A stretch of 64,000 nt of DNA, from assembly GCA_963708295.1 (NCBI GenBank), contig CAVPSJ010000004.1, forward strand, positions 128,001-192,000, given 5' to 3'. Below are positions 19,039-29,384 of the stretch, piece after piece. Positions within the stretch are counted from its first letter, which is position 1. Every line of letters starts with the position of its first letter. A model generated the notes under the pieces. It had not been told where the DNA came from, ran no database searches, and saw only the letters and a program-made list of their open reading frames with translations. Position numbers and translations under genes: made by a program. This DNA comes from an uncultured delta proteobacterium. GTDB lineage: Bacteria > Desulfobacterota > BSN033 > UBA1163.

Positions 19039-19440
19039 ATGGAAAAGGTTAAAGTTGTTGTACGATATAGCTGTGGTAGGATAATCAAGGGTTTCACTCA
19101 GGACTTTTTCCCGACCAAGAAACTTTTTCATCTTACTCCGGCTGATAACCTCTCTGGCAAGCCAATCGAAGTATCTATAGCAGACCTAAAAGCTATTTTC
19201 ATGGTTGGGGATTTCGCTGGGCATCCCCTGTATAAGGAGCGAAAGAAGTATGATCCAGGAGAAAAGCCATCGGGCAAAAAAGTGGAAGTGACTTTTGTAG
19301 ATGGTGAAGTGTTAGTTGGGTCAACCTTGGGCTATGATCCTAAACGACAAGGTTTTTTTATCTCTCCGGCAGATCCCAAGAGCAACAACATAAGGGTATA
19401 TGTAGTCTCCTCTTTTGTAGAAAAGGTCCGCTGTCTATAA
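19039..19440 (+). CDS. DUF6982-like protein
   Basis: KVVVRY..G.IIKGFTQDFFP, LKAIF.V.DF.G, VEVTF.DGEVLVG.TLGY...RQGFF..PADPKSNNIRVYV. Confidence 0.7.
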   Translation: MEKVKVVVRYSCGRIIKGFTQDFFPTKKLFHLTPADNLSGKPIEVSIADLKAIFMVGDFAGHPLYKERKKYDPGEKPSGKKVEVTFVDGEVLVGSTLGYDPKRQGFFISPADPKSNNIRVYVVSSFVEKVRCL

Positions 19441-19828
19441 TTTCACTTCACATGTTTCTGTAATCGATTCCTTAGCAGGTCTTGATTTTAGCTCCTCGCT
19501 CTCTTACTGGAGTCAACAACCCGACTTTTTCATAAGCGTGCTCGATTCCAATCGGTAATCATCGGGCTCGATTTTCCTTGACCTACTATTCCCTTCCTTG
19601 TATATTCAACTCATCCCAAACCAAGTTCTTATCATTTTAACAAAATTTGAATGGGGAGGGCCGTTTTGATCTTCGGCCAGATGGGGAATATCTGTATCTC
19701 GGTGCAAGTACACTACCAAATTTAGGAGCAATGTTGTCCGACTTTGCCACTCCAGCCTAAACGGGCCAAACCCTGGTACAATTAGGAACGAGTTATCTGC
19801 TCATTGCGGGAAGTAGAAGGAAGAGGAA

Positions 19829-20713
19829 ATGGGAAATAAACTTTTTGCTCTATTGACGATTTTAGTTATGGCCGTTTCTTTAATCGTTGGCTGTCAGACT
19901 GTCCCTAAAGAAGCAGAACCAACGACCCTTGAGATCAGCCCGAGGATCGCTGAGGCCCACAACAATCGGGGCGTTGCCTATTACAGCAAAGGCCAATTTG
20001 ACCAGGCCATCGCTGATTACAATAATGCCCTGGAAATCAACCCAAGATTTACTGTGGCCTACTACAATCGGGGCAATGCCTATAGCAGCAAAGGCCAATA
20101 TGACCAGGCCATTGCTGATTACAATAATGCCCTGGAAATCAACCCGAGGTATGCTGAGGCCTACAACAATCGGGGCGTTGCCTATTACAGCAAAGGCCAA
20201 TTTGATCTGTCCATCGCTGATTACAATAATGCCCTGGAGATCAACCCAAGATTTGCTATGGCCTACTACAATCGGGGCATTACCTATTACAGCAAAGGTC
20301 AATTTGACCAGGCCGTCGCTGATTACAACAATGCCCTGGAGATCAACCCGAGGTATGCTGAGGCCTACAACAATCGGGGGAATGCCTATCGCAGCAAAGG
20401 CCAATATGACCAGGCCATCGCTGATTACAATAATGCCCTGGAGATCAACCCGAGGTATGCTGAGGCCTATAACAATCGGGGCATTGCCTATCGCAGCAAA
20501 GGCCAATATGACGAAGCCATCGCTGATTACAACAATGCCCTGGAGATCAACCCGAGGTATGCTATGGCCTACTACAATCGGGGCATTGCCTACTACTTCA
20601 AGAAAGAATATGACAAATCTTTGGAAAATGTTAAAAAGGCACAGGAGTTAGGTTACAAAATTCATCCTAAATTTCTTGAAGACCTTAGTAAGGCTTCGGG
20701 AAGAGAGAGGTGA
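19829..20713 (+). CDS. TPR-repeat lipoprotein (7 TPRs)
   Basis: Lipobox IVGC; 34-aa repeats LEINPRxAxAYxNRGxAYxSKGQxDQAIADYNNA. Confidence 0.92.
   Translation: MGNKLFALLTILVMAVSLIVGCQTVPKEAEPTTLEISPRIAEAHNNRGVAYYSKGQFDQAIADYNNALEINPRFTVAYYNRGNAYSSKGQYDQAIADYNNALEINPRYAEAYNNRGVAYYSKGQFDLSIADYNNALEINPRFAMAYYNRGITYYSKGQFDQAVADYNNALEINPRYAEAYNNRGNAYRSKGQYDQAIADYNNALEINPRYAEAYNNRGIAYRSKGQYDEAIADYNNALEINPRYAMAYYNRGIAYYFKKEYDKSLENVKKAQELGYKIHPKFLEDLSKASGRER
19928..20595 (+). repeat. Tandem 102-bp near-identical DNA repeats (6 full plus a partial 7th)
   Basis: Units start at 19928, 20030, 20132, 20234, 20336, 20438, 20540. Confidence 0.9.
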
Positions 20714-20790
20714 AGATTTCGAATAATCATCAATCCAATCAATTCCTCAGAATGAAGATTAGTCGGTGAAGTGCCCAAAACAATGCTTCA

Positions 20791-22467
20791 TCAGACGATG
20801 GAAGGACGACTTTTCAGGATGGCCCTGCCCCAAGCCTTTTCAAGAAAATAATCCAGGACCTTTTTTGAACTCTTTTCTTTCTCAGCCAATATCCTTCCCC
20901 CAGAATCCTTTCTCAGACTGAAGAAAGACCTTTCGCTATCAAGCAGCAAAACCAAATCGACCCAAGTCATCGTATCGCCATCAACCTTAGGATCAGACCT
21001 CCTTTTCTCTTTCAAGATCTTGAAGAGTTCCTTCCATGTCATTCCCTCTTCTAATTCTTTTTCATCCATCTCCCCCTTGATAAAATTAATGACCCTTGCC
21101 AGGCGAAAGAGGGTTAATAAATCCAGCCGATTAAATCCCTTTGTCTCGATGGGAAAGGCGCTGGAACGCCACTGGACGGGGTGAGGGGGAAGGATACCCT
21201 CCTTGCTACATCTCTCAAAGAGAGGAGTCCCCGGCGTAGGGTAATAGATACTCGGGCCGATGAGGACTTTTTCCCCCATCAAATAAATCAACGTATCCGC
21301 CATCTCCTCGACGGCTTGGCCAGGCATACCCAGGATGGCATAGGCAATCACGTGAAGACCAATCTGTGCTGCCCTTTCCACGATTCTATCGAATTCAGTC
21401 GATGGCTTAGGTCTTCCCATCCTTTCTTTGGTTGAAGGATCTGTGCTGACATAGGAAAGATTAATCGTATGGAAACCTGCGGTTTTCATCAGCCTGAGGA
21501 GTTCTCCATCGAGAGAAGCAAAAGAGATTCCGTTCATCGCAGAAAACTCCATTTTCCGTTCTCCAAAGGTTTCGATCATGAGGCTCATCAACCGCTTTGC
21601 CCGTTCCTGATCAAAGGTGAAATTGTCGTCTTCAATGTCAAAATTCTCGATTCCATACTGCTCCTGGCAGGTCATCATCTCTTCGAGAATGGCTTCTGGA
21701 GATCGAGTTCTGAAAGAAGTGCCCATCACAAGATGGGCTGAACAGTAGGCGCATCGATGAGGGCAACCCCTGCTCGTGATGATCATGGTGGATCGTTTCT
21801 TTCTCATCCGATATCGATCCAGATCGAGCAATGCCCGGGCAGGATGAGGAAGGGAATCGAGATCCCGGATGAAATTCTGAAGAGTGTTGATCCGTATTTC
21901 TCCATCCTTCCGATACCCGATCCCGTCGATCTTTTTGATGCTTCCCGGTTTTCCCCTTTCAATCTGTTCCAGAAGAAGAGCAAAGCGAACCTCTCCTTCC
22001 CCTAAGACGACATAATCAACAGAAGGGCTCCGCAGGACGCCTTCCGGATCGCAACTGGCATGGGCCCCTCCCATGACAACAATGTTCCTTTTGTCCCTTT
22101 CTTTTATGATCCGGGCAATCTCCAGGGCTTCACCATGATAGGGGGTAAAAGAAGAAGAGATTCCAAAGACATCGGCATTCGAGGCTCCAACCTTCTTCCG
22201 TATGTCGTGCCAATCCATTCCGAAATGGTAAAAACCGGAATAGAGCTTGAAAGGACTTCGATCATTGAAAGGATAGAAATCTTTAAGATAGGAAAGTTCC
22301 GAAGGCAGGGGAATCGACTTTTTCTTCTCTGTCTGGCAGTCGAGAATCTCCAGCTCGTGGCCGTTTCTCTTCAGTGAGGCAGCAAGATAAGCCAAACCAA
22401 TGGGCTGGGTCCGAATGGAGGTTTGATAAAAATCCCGGACGGGCGGTTGAATGAGAAGGATTTTCAT
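20791..22467 (-). CDS. B12-binding domain radical SAM protein
   Basis: PIGLAYLAA, VMGGAHAS, GEGE, SRGCPHRCAYC. Confidence 0.92.
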   Translation of the reverse strand: MKILLIQPPVRDFYQTSIRTQPIGLAYLAASLKRNGHELEILDCQTEKKKSIPLPSELSYLKDFYPFNDRSPFKLYSGFYHFGMDWHDIRKKVGASNADVFGISSSFTPYHGEALEIARIIKERDKRNIVVMGGAHASCDPEGVLRSPSVDYVVLGEGEVRFALLLEQIERGKPGSIKKIDGIGYRKDGEIRINTLQNFIRDLDSLPHPARALLDLDRYRMRKKRSTMIITSRGCPHRCAYCSAHLVMGTSFRTRSPEAILEEMMTCQEQYGIENFDIEDDNFTFDQERAKRLMSLMIETFGERKMEFSAMNGISFASLDGELLRLMKTAGFHTINLSYVSTDPSTKERMGRPKPSTEFDRIVERAAQIGLHVIAYAILGMPGQAVEEMADTLIYLMGEKVLIGPSIYYPTPGTPLFERCSKEGILPPHPVQWRSSAFPIETKGFNRLDLLTLFRLARVINFIKGEMDEKELEEGMTWKELFKILKEKRRSDPKVDGDTMTWVDLVLLLDSERSFFSLRKDSGGRILAEKEKSSKKVLDYFLEKAWGRAILKSRPSIV

Positions 22468-22548
22468 ATTCCTTAGGTAACTAAGAATGAGTATAGTTGC
22501 TTGGATCGGAACTGTCCATTCTATGAATAGACAGGCAGGGGGGGAGAA

Positions 22549-23469
22549 TTAATCTTTGGGGTCTGTTTCCTCTGCGATCATGCCGTAGACATTATACGAA
22601 GGAGGGGTCCCTCTTTTCTCCGCGGAGATGGTTATTTCCTTGTAGTGAGGATTGGACTTGCGATTACGGGCAATCATTGCCTTCACCACATCCCACCCTA
22701 TCTTATTTTGTTTTCCCATTTCGGTAATTTCTTCCAGGGCTGTTCGATTATCGTAGGCTCCCGATCGATAGGGTCTGGGCATGATCAGCGCGTCGTAAAC
22801 ATCACAAGCCGCGATGATTTCTACCATTGGATCTTCGAGCAGGATGCCTCGAGGATATCCCGACTGATCTCTCCTTTCATGATGTTCAAGAGCCACCTTG
22901 CAGCCAAGGTGCTGGTGATCCTTGTAGTAATAACTGAGAAGAACATAGCCCGCTGCGCTGTGATGTTCGAGAAATCCCCGTTCCCTCTTGGTGAGGGGGG
23001 TCGTCTTTTTCAGGATCTGCAGGGGCACACAGAGCTTTCCGGCATCGTGGGTCGGACCGGTGGCGGACAACCGGATGCGCTCCTGGTAGTCGGGTAGCAG
23101 ATCCTTGGTTAAAATCGTAGACAAAAAAAACACCATGAGCACATGGGAATAGGTGTAAAAGTCATGCTCCCTGAAATAATCCAGCGATTGCAAGATGGGA
23201 ACGGGATACTGGACGGTCTCTAAAAGGCTCAGGATATGGTTGATTTCCTTCTGGTCCGAAAAAATGGTCACAAAGGGAGGGGCGCCAAGAAAATCTAAGA
23301 GATCCTGTTTGACTGACCCATAAAAAAGGAGGGAAGATGTCTGATAGGAAGAAGGCCCGTGAGAATGGATAAGTGCATCCAGGGTCTCTCCCGTCAGAAG
23401 GACCCGCTGAGGAAACAATAACTGGTGATCCAGTGTACGTACCGGATATTGAAGTATTAATCCAGGCAT
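22549..23469 (-). CDS. HD-GYP domain protein (c-di-GMP phosphodiesterase family)
   Basis: TYSH, HDAGK, HHERRDQSGYP, DVYDAL..PRPYR. Confidence 0.88.
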   Translation of the reverse strand: MPGLILQYPVRTLDHQLLFPQRVLLTGETLDALIHSHGPSSYQTSSLLFYGSVKQDLLDFLGAPPFVTIFSDQKEINHILSLLETVQYPVPILQSLDYFREHDFYTYSHVLMVFFLSTILTKDLLPDYQERIRLSATGPTHDAGKLCVPLQILKKTTPLTKRERGFLEHHSAAGYVLLSYYYKDHQHLGCKVALEHHERRDQSGYPRGILLEDPMVEIIAACDVYDALIMPRPYRSGAYDNRTALEEITEMGKQNKIGWDVVKAMIARNRKSNPHYKEITISAEKRGTPPSYNVYGMIAEETDPKD

Positions 23470-23652
23470 ATTGGAACACTTTTGCCGGTTAAGTTATCAT
23501 TTTGAATGAATGAATGTCAACACATTTTAGAAATTTTTGAAATTGTGCCCCAAGCCAACTCAGGGGTGTCCCATGTTTTGGGAATTGCAGAAGCGATGAT
23601 TGCAGGGGAATGATCCTATTACGAAAAAAAGATGGTTTTTCTTACGGGCTCG

Positions 23653-24048
23653 CTAGGCAGTGTACACTGTTTTTTGTCCAATGTCGATTAAGAAATTCTT
23701 CAGAACGGTCATATCTTCTGTGCAGATATTCACGAATCTCACTCCAGTCTGATAATCCCATGACCAATCCTTCCTCATATGAAGATCCATCCAGACCACC
23801 TCGACGGACGCCATGATGGTATTGAGTTCGGACGGAGAGGAAAGGAATAGTTTCAGGGCGATATGTTGACCAACCTGCATCTCCTCTGGAAGGCGAAGCA
23901 GTAATCCCCCCTCGCTGGCGTTCACCGCCCGAGCGTATTTGAGGAACAATTGGCTTCTACCATACTTAATCGGCAAATCACAACTAAATCTCGGATACTT
24001 TCTTTTTTCTGAAGTCGCTGAGGCAACACTTTTTTCCGTTGACTCCAT
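23653..24048 (-). CDS. PilZ-domain protein
   Basis: EKRKYPR, NASEGG, VEVVW, TGVRF. Confidence 0.88.
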   Translation of the reverse strand: MESTEKSVASATSEKRKYPRFSCDLPIKYGRSQLFLKYARAVNASEGGLLLRLPEEMQVGQHIALKLFLSSPSELNTIMASVEVVWMDLHMRKDWSWDYQTGVRFVNICTEDMTVLKNFLIDIGQKTVYTA

Positions 24049-24084
24049 CGGATTGCTCCTGTTTGAATTTCTTAACGAACTGTG

Positions 24085-24101
24085 AGCAAGAACTATACCA
24101 G
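24085..24101 (-). promoter_or_regulatory. Sigma54 (-24/-12) promoter of the PilZ gene
   Basis: CTGGTATAGTTCTTGCT: GG-N10-GC. Confidence 0.65.
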
Positions 24102-24358
24102 AATGAGATTAACCGATTTAGCCTCATAACTATCTAAAACTTAAGGCTTTATTTAAGAATTGTGCAAAGATTTCCCCTGCCGGGGAGTGACATATTGTCG
24201 GAAATAGAACGATTTTGGGCAAATATTTGTTTTGACTTGCGAATGCGATAGGATAAGATGTATAAGAGAATCCCAAGGTGGGATTGCTATCAAAAGGGGC
24301 GCCTTGAATTCTTGAGTTTAGTTGCTAGATTTAAAATGGGAAGGAAAGGAGAAAAAAG

Positions 24359-24862
24359 ATGATTCCAAAGATCAGGAAGATCCTGTACGCCACCGACCTC
24401 AGTAAGAATTCTGCTTATGCGTTTTTGTTTGCGACGGATGTTGCAAGAAGGCACGACGCAAAGATTGTCATGTTGCATGCGATTGAACCCGTCCCCGCTT
24501 ACGCAGCAGCTTATACAGGGATTACAGATGAATTGAAACGGAAGCAGCAGGAGGAGACCGTCGCTGAAATTAGAAATCGCCTGGGAGAATTCTGCCAAAA
24601 AGCAGAGGCCCAAATTGGCCCCCCCTGCACGGACCTTGTATCCAAAATCCTTGTTCCCCGGGGCCATCCCCCCGAGGAGATCTTGAATGCTGCGGATGAA
24701 GAAGGATGCGACTTGATTGTCCTTGGAACCCATGGAAAGGGATTCTTGGCGCATACGTTCCTTGGAAGTGTCTCGAGTGCCATATTGAATCGAACCAAAA
24801 AACCGGTTTTTATCATTCCTTTGCCGCCTGAAACAACAACTCTGGAGTGGGATGGAGCGTGA
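24359..24862 (+). CDS. Universal stress protein
   Basis: KILYATDLS, DLIVLGTHGKG...FLGSVS. Confidence 0.93.
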   Translation: MIPKIRKILYATDLSKNSAYAFLFATDVARRHDAKIVMLHAIEPVPAYAAAYTGITDELKRKQQEETVAEIRNRLGEFCQKAEAQIGPPCTDLVSKILVPRGHPPEEILNAADEEGCDLIVLGTHGKGFLAHTFLGSVSSAILNRTKKPVFIIPLPPETTTLEWDGA

Positions 24863-25037
24863 TGGAATTTCATTCAATTTCAAAACACCAAGGCAGTGTC
24901 AGAGATGGCTCTGCCTTGCCCTGGCAAACAGAACCACTTTTTTTCCTAAAGGTCTCCAAATTCTTCAACGGATTTCGTTTCCGGTTTCGGTACCTCCCCA
25001 CCCCCCCCATCTCCCTATCTCCGCAAATCCTTAGAAG

Positions 25038-25769
25038 TCAACTCAGGTCACCCAGTTCATACTGGAGAATTCCTACCAACGTGATGGCTGCGGTCTCCGT
25101 CCTCAAAATACGCTGCCCCAATTTGATGGGGATAAATCTCTTCTCTTTTGCCCACGCGACTTCGCCCTCGGTGAACCCCCCCTCCGGCCCAACCATCACA
25201 TAAATCCTTTGAGTGGGATGTTGCCTCACAACACTCTTCAGATTCTCGCCCTCCCTTTCCCAAAGAAGTATCCTCAACCCATCTTGATTCCAATCCTCCA
25301 ACACCTGTTGAAAGGATCGGCATTCTCCCACATAAGGAACCTTTGCTCTTCTCGATTGCTGGACCGCCTTAACAGCGACGAATTGCCACCGGTGGGCTTT
25401 CTTCTGTTTTCCCTCCCTCTCCTTCAGGGAGGCGGATCTTTCCGATTCAAAGGGAAGGATGGCCGAGACCCCTAGTTCCGTGGCCTTCTGGATGATCATC
25501 TCCATTCTCTCTTTTTCCGGGAGGGCCTGAAGAAGAATGATCTCCAGAGAGGATTCGGTCGGTGAAGGAAATGCCTCAAAGATAAAGATGGAAGCCTCTG
25601 TCTCGGAGAGACGAAGGACCCTTCCTCTGAAGTCATTTCCTCCGGCATCTGTCAGGGTGATGAGACTTCCCTCCCGGCCCCCCTGAAAGCGAAGGGCCTC
25701 CCAAGGAGGCCCTTTCACCACAATTTCTTTTCCGGTATCAACCTTCCGGTCGACAACAATTCTATCCAT
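25038..25769 (-). CDS. rsmE: 16S rRNA m3U1498 methyltransferase
   Basis: QKATELGV, VGPEGGFT, LGQRILRTETA; start overlaps the Lon-like stop. Confidence 0.9.
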   Translation of the reverse strand: MDRIVVDRKVDTGKEIVVKGPPWEALRFQGGREGSLITLTDAGGNDFRGRVLRLSETEASIFIFEAFPSPTESSLEIILLQALPEKERMEMIIQKATELGVSAILPFESERSASLKEREGKQKKAHRWQFVAVKAVQQSRRAKVPYVGECRSFQQVLEDWNQDGLRILLWEREGENLKSVVRQHPTQRIYVMVGPEGGFTEGEVAWAKEKRFIPIKLGQRILRTETAAITLVGILQYELGDLS

Positions 25770-28242
25770 CGCAAGAAGGCTTCCCTTTTTTCTTCTTTTT
25801 CCCCCCGTTGCCTTCTTCCCCTCCTTCAAATTCCTTGATCTTGGCCCCCAATTCTCTCAGCTTATTATCGACCCGGTCATTCACTGTTCCTTCTTTGAAG
25901 CGTCCGTTTTCCAAACTCTCCCCTGCCTCCATCCCTGTAAGAATCTCAATTCCCTGGTCAATGGTCTTCACCGGATAGACACGGAATTTGCCCTCCTTCA
26001 CCGCCTGCACAACATCCTTTCGCAACATCAAATCATCGACATTGAGATGAGGAATCATCACCCCTTGCTTGCCGGTCAATCCCTTTGCCTTGCACACATC
26101 AAAGAATCCCTCGACCTTTTCGTTGACCCCGCCAATAGGCTGAATCTCTCCTTTTTGATTGACCGAACCGGTCACGGCGATGTCTTGCCGTAGGGGGAGG
26201 CCGGAGATGCTTGAGAGCAACGCATAGATCTCTGTGGACGAAGCGCTGTCTCCTTCCACCCCGCTATAAGACTGCTCAAAACAGAGGCTGGCACTCATGG
26301 TAATCGGTTTGTCCTGGGCGTATTTCCCCCGGAGGTATCCGTTGAGAATATAGACTCCCTTGTTATGAATGGGGCCGCTCATCTCCGCTTCTCTCTCGAT
26401 ATTGATAATCCCCGCCTTCCCCAACGAAGTTTTTGCCGTGATCCGGGATGGCTTTCCGAACATGTAATCTCCAAGATTATAAACGGAGAGGCCATTGACC
26501 TGCCCCACGACCATCCCATCGGAGTCAATCAGGATGGTTCCGTTATCGATCATTTCCTGAATCTTTTCCTCAATCAGGTTCACCCGGTAATTCCTCCGTT
26601 CAATTGCCTGATCCACCTGTTTTTCTGTAATCACCTCACTTCCGTCCTTCTCTGCCCAGTAGTTCGCCTCCCTCAAGAGGTCGGCAATGAGGTGAAACCG
26701 AGTTGAAAGCTTTTTCTGCCTTCCCGTGATCCTCACCCCGTGCTCCACCACCGCTGCAATCCCCGTCTTATCGAGGGGTCTCAATTTATCCTCATCGCAG
26801 ATTTTCCGAATAAAGGAGGCGTACTGCCCGATCTTGTCATTGTCGTTGTTCATCACGGAATCGAAGTCTGCCTTGATTTTGAAAATTTTCTTGAAATCAT
26901 CGTCCAGGCTGTAAAGAAGATAATAGATTTGAGTATCTCCGATCAGGATGACTTTTGTATTACACTCCGTAGGCTCCGGTTTGAGGGCGGATGTGGAAAA
27001 GAAGTAAAAGGGGTCATAGGTCTGGATCTCGATGACCTGGTTCTTCAATGTCCTTTTCAACGCAGGCCAAACCCCCGGCTCCATGAGGGCATCCAGGGCA
27101 TTGAAGATCAGATAACCTCCGTTGGCCCTTAAGAAGGAGCCCGCTTTGATATGGAGAAAGTCGGTCTTCCAAATCCCTGAACGCTCAACGACCCTTTCGA
27201 TGGTGCCGAAAAGATTCCGGTAGTTGGGAGTCGTCTCGACAATGGTGGGAGCTCCTTTTGTCTCCGAATTGTCCACCAACACGTTCACCTGGTATTCACT
27301 GAAAGAATCCACTGTTTGAGGCAAGACCAACCCCGGGATAGGAGGAGGCGTTTCTTCTTTTTCTCTGAAACGGCCAAGATTCGTCAAGATATCTTCCTGA
27401 ACTTCGTCCAGATATTGATGAACCCTTTCGTGGTCAAACTTTTCCTTAATATCGGAAATGGAGTCCTTGACCGCTGGAGAGATGACCTCGTTGTCCAAGG
27501 AAGTCAGCACCTCTTTGATCTCCTTCTCCGATTTCCGGGTCTCTTTGAAGATATCCTCCAATTCATTGACCAGATGGGTTTGCTTCTCTTTAAGCTTCTC
27601 GAGTTCCTCTCTAGAGAATTTATTCTCCTCCACCATGGACTCCAATTGTTCCATGTTGACAGGGTTTCCCTCGACGAGGGGGAAGATGCCAGGACGGGAG
27701 TAAGGGCCCATTTGAATCTGAACTAGGGCAAAACCCTCTTTATTCACCTTCTTTTCAAACTCCCGGAACATCTCCGCCTGCTTGTTCCGAAATTTTTCAA
27801 CCACCTCTTTCTTCTTATTGAGGTAGGTCTCGTTCTCAAACAACAGGGGGATCTTCTTTTTCAGAGTTTCGATCAAGTTCTCCATCTCTTTTTTGAAGGC
27901 ATTCCCCTGCCCTGGAGGAAGGCTGAGCATATGGGGCATATCCTGGTTCTTGAAGTTATTGACGTAACAAAAATCGTTAGGGATCTTGCTCTCTATGTTT
28001 AGTTCTTCCAAAATGCATTTGATCGTGGTAAAGCGTCCCGTTCCGGTCAAGCCCGTGACAAAGATATTGTACCCAACATTATGGATGTTCAATCCTAATC
28101 GGATCGCCTCCTGGGCCCTCTCCTGACCGATAACCTCCTCGCAGGCTTTGACTGTCTGAGTGGTCTCAAATGGCAATGCCTCTGGATCACAACGCCACCT
28201 TAATTTTTCAACGGGAACTTCTTCGTAAGGTCGATTTGACAT
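25762..28242 (-). CDS. LonC-type Lon-like protease (AAA-like domain plus S16 peptidase)
   Basis: IGQERA, GTGRFT (degenerate Walker A), RANGGYL, GQVNGL, EQSY.GVEGDSASS, GGVNEKVEGFF Ser-Lys dyad. Confidence 0.92.
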   Translation of the reverse strand: MSNRPYEEVPVEKLRWRCDPEALPFETTQTVKACEEVIGQERAQEAIRLGLNIHNVGYNIFVTGLTGTGRFTTIKCILEELNIESKIPNDFCYVNNFKNQDMPHMLSLPPGQGNAFKKEMENLIETLKKKIPLLFENETYLNKKKEVVEKFRNKQAEMFREFEKKVNKEGFALVQIQMGPYSRPGIFPLVEGNPVNMEQLESMVEENKFSREELEKLKEKQTHLVNELEDIFKETRKSEKEIKEVLTSLDNEVISPAVKDSISDIKEKFDHERVHQYLDEVQEDILTNLGRFREKEETPPPIPGLVLPQTVDSFSEYQVNVLVDNSETKGAPTIVETTPNYRNLFGTIERVVERSGIWKTDFLHIKAGSFLRANGGYLIFNALDALMEPGVWPALKRTLKNQVIEIQTYDPFYFFSTSALKPEPTECNTKVILIGDTQIYYLLYSLDDDFKKIFKIKADFDSVMNNDNDKIGQYASFIRKICDEDKLRPLDKTGIAAVVEHGVRITGRQKKLSTRFHLIADLLREANYWAEKDGSEVITEKQVDQAIERRNYRVNLIEEKIQEMIDNGTILIDSDGMVVGQVNGLSVYNLGDYMFGKPSRITAKTSLGKAGIINIEREAEMSGPIHNKGVYILNGYLRGKYAQDKPITMSASLCFEQSYSGVEGDSASSTEIYALLSSISGLPLRQDIAVTGSVNQKGEIQPIGGVNEKVEGFFDVCKAKGLTGKQGVMIPHLNVDDLMLRKDVVQAVKEGKFRVYPVKTIDQGIEILTGMEAGESLENGRFKEGTVNDRVDNKLRELGAKIKEFEGGEEGNGGKKKKKGKPSCDG

Positions 28243-28349
28243 AGACTCCCCCCTCTTGATTTGAGTTGCGCCTTGTATCATTTCTAATTTACTACCAGAA
28301 CGAGCGAAAAGTCAACGTGGTTTTCGTGGTTTTCAAATGTGACACGGGA

Positions 28350-28460
28350 AGCTCAAATGACAAAATATCAAAATCCAAATGCTCAGCTAGCCTCGGATTT
28401 GATTTGATCGTTGAGCTTCGGACATTGAATATTTCTTTGAGGTTTGAAAATTGGATCTCA
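28350..28460. repeat. Degenerate heptamer inverted array (CAAATGA CAAAATA CAAAATC / TTTGA...)
   Basis: Seen directly in the dnaJ-lonC intergenic region. Confidence 0.45.
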
Positions 28461-28466
28461 GACTTT

Positions 28467-29384
28467 TTAGATACCCTCTTTGGCGAGCTCCTGGATTAAC
28501 TCTCTGTTCTTTTCCGATACCTTCTTGGGGATCCTGACAATCACCTTCACATATTCGTCCCCTCTCCCTTCCCCCTGGAAATGAGGTATCCCAAGACCCT
28601 TCAACCGCATCTTCGTATGGCTCTGGGTCCCCGAGGGAATCTTCACTTTCTTCACTCCCTCCAGAGTGGGAACTTCGACAGTCGTCCCCAGGACAGCATC
28701 TGAGAAATTGATTTCTTTCTCCACGATGAGGTCATCTCCCTCCCGGCTGAAGACGGGATGCTCTCGGATGGAGACTTGAAGATAGAGATCACCCGGAGGA
28801 CCTCCGTTTCTCCCTCCCATCCCCTTTCCAGAGAGCCTGAGCTTCTTTCCCGAAGGGATACCCTGTGGAATTTTCACGGAAACTTCCTCAATCTTGCCGT
28901 TTTTCCGGTATGAAATTCTCTTTTCTCCTCCAAACGCGGCTTCTTCCAAAGAAATGGACATCTCGTAAACGATATCTTCTCCCCGCTGGGGCATTCGACC
29001 CGCGTCCTGATAGCCCCCTTGTTTGCCGAAGAGATCTCCAAAATCAAAGCCACCCCGGCCCCCATATCGGAACTCCCGTCTTCCCCTTGACCCAAAAAGG
29101 CCGGACAAGATCTCATCAAAGTCAAATCCCCTGAAAATGTCTTCTTGAGTGAACCGCTGCTGGAACCCTTCGGCGCCGAAGGTGTCGTACTGCTTCCGCT
29201 TCTCCTTATCGCTCAGGACGGCATAAGCCTCATTGATCTCTTTAAACCGTTCTTCGGCCTCTTTCTTGTTCGGGTTTCGGTCGGGATGATATTTCATCGC
29301 CAGCTTCCGATAGGCCTTTTTTATTTCTTCGTCGCTCGCGTTCTTGGCCACGCCCAAAATGCTGTAGTAATCTTTCGCTGCCAT
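28467..29384 (-). CDS. Class II DnaJ (CbpA-like) co-chaperone
   Basis: J-domain with HPD, G/F region, C-terminal domain, no zinc finger. Confidence 0.93.
   Translation of the reverse strand: MAAKDYYSILGVAKNASDEEIKKAYRKLAMKYHPDRNPNKKEAEERFKEINEAYAVLSDKEKRKQYDTFGAEGFQQRFTQEDIFRGFDFDEILSGLFGSRGRREFRYGGRGGFDFGDLFGKQGGYQDAGRMPQRGEDIVYEMSISLEEAAFGGEKRISYRKNGKIEEVSVKIPQGIPSGKKLRLSGKGMGGRNGGPPGDLYLQVSIREHPVFSREGDDLIVEKEINFSDAVLGTTVEVPTLEGVKKVKIPSGTQSHTKMRLKGLGIPHFQGEGRGDEYVKVIVRIPKKVSEKNRELIQELAKEGI

Noticed and set aside
19928-20595. Tandem repeats as CRISPR or a DGR template/variable pair
   Set aside because: They are contiguous in-frame 102-bp TPR units without spacers; no reverse transcriptase is nearby and variation is not adenine-specific
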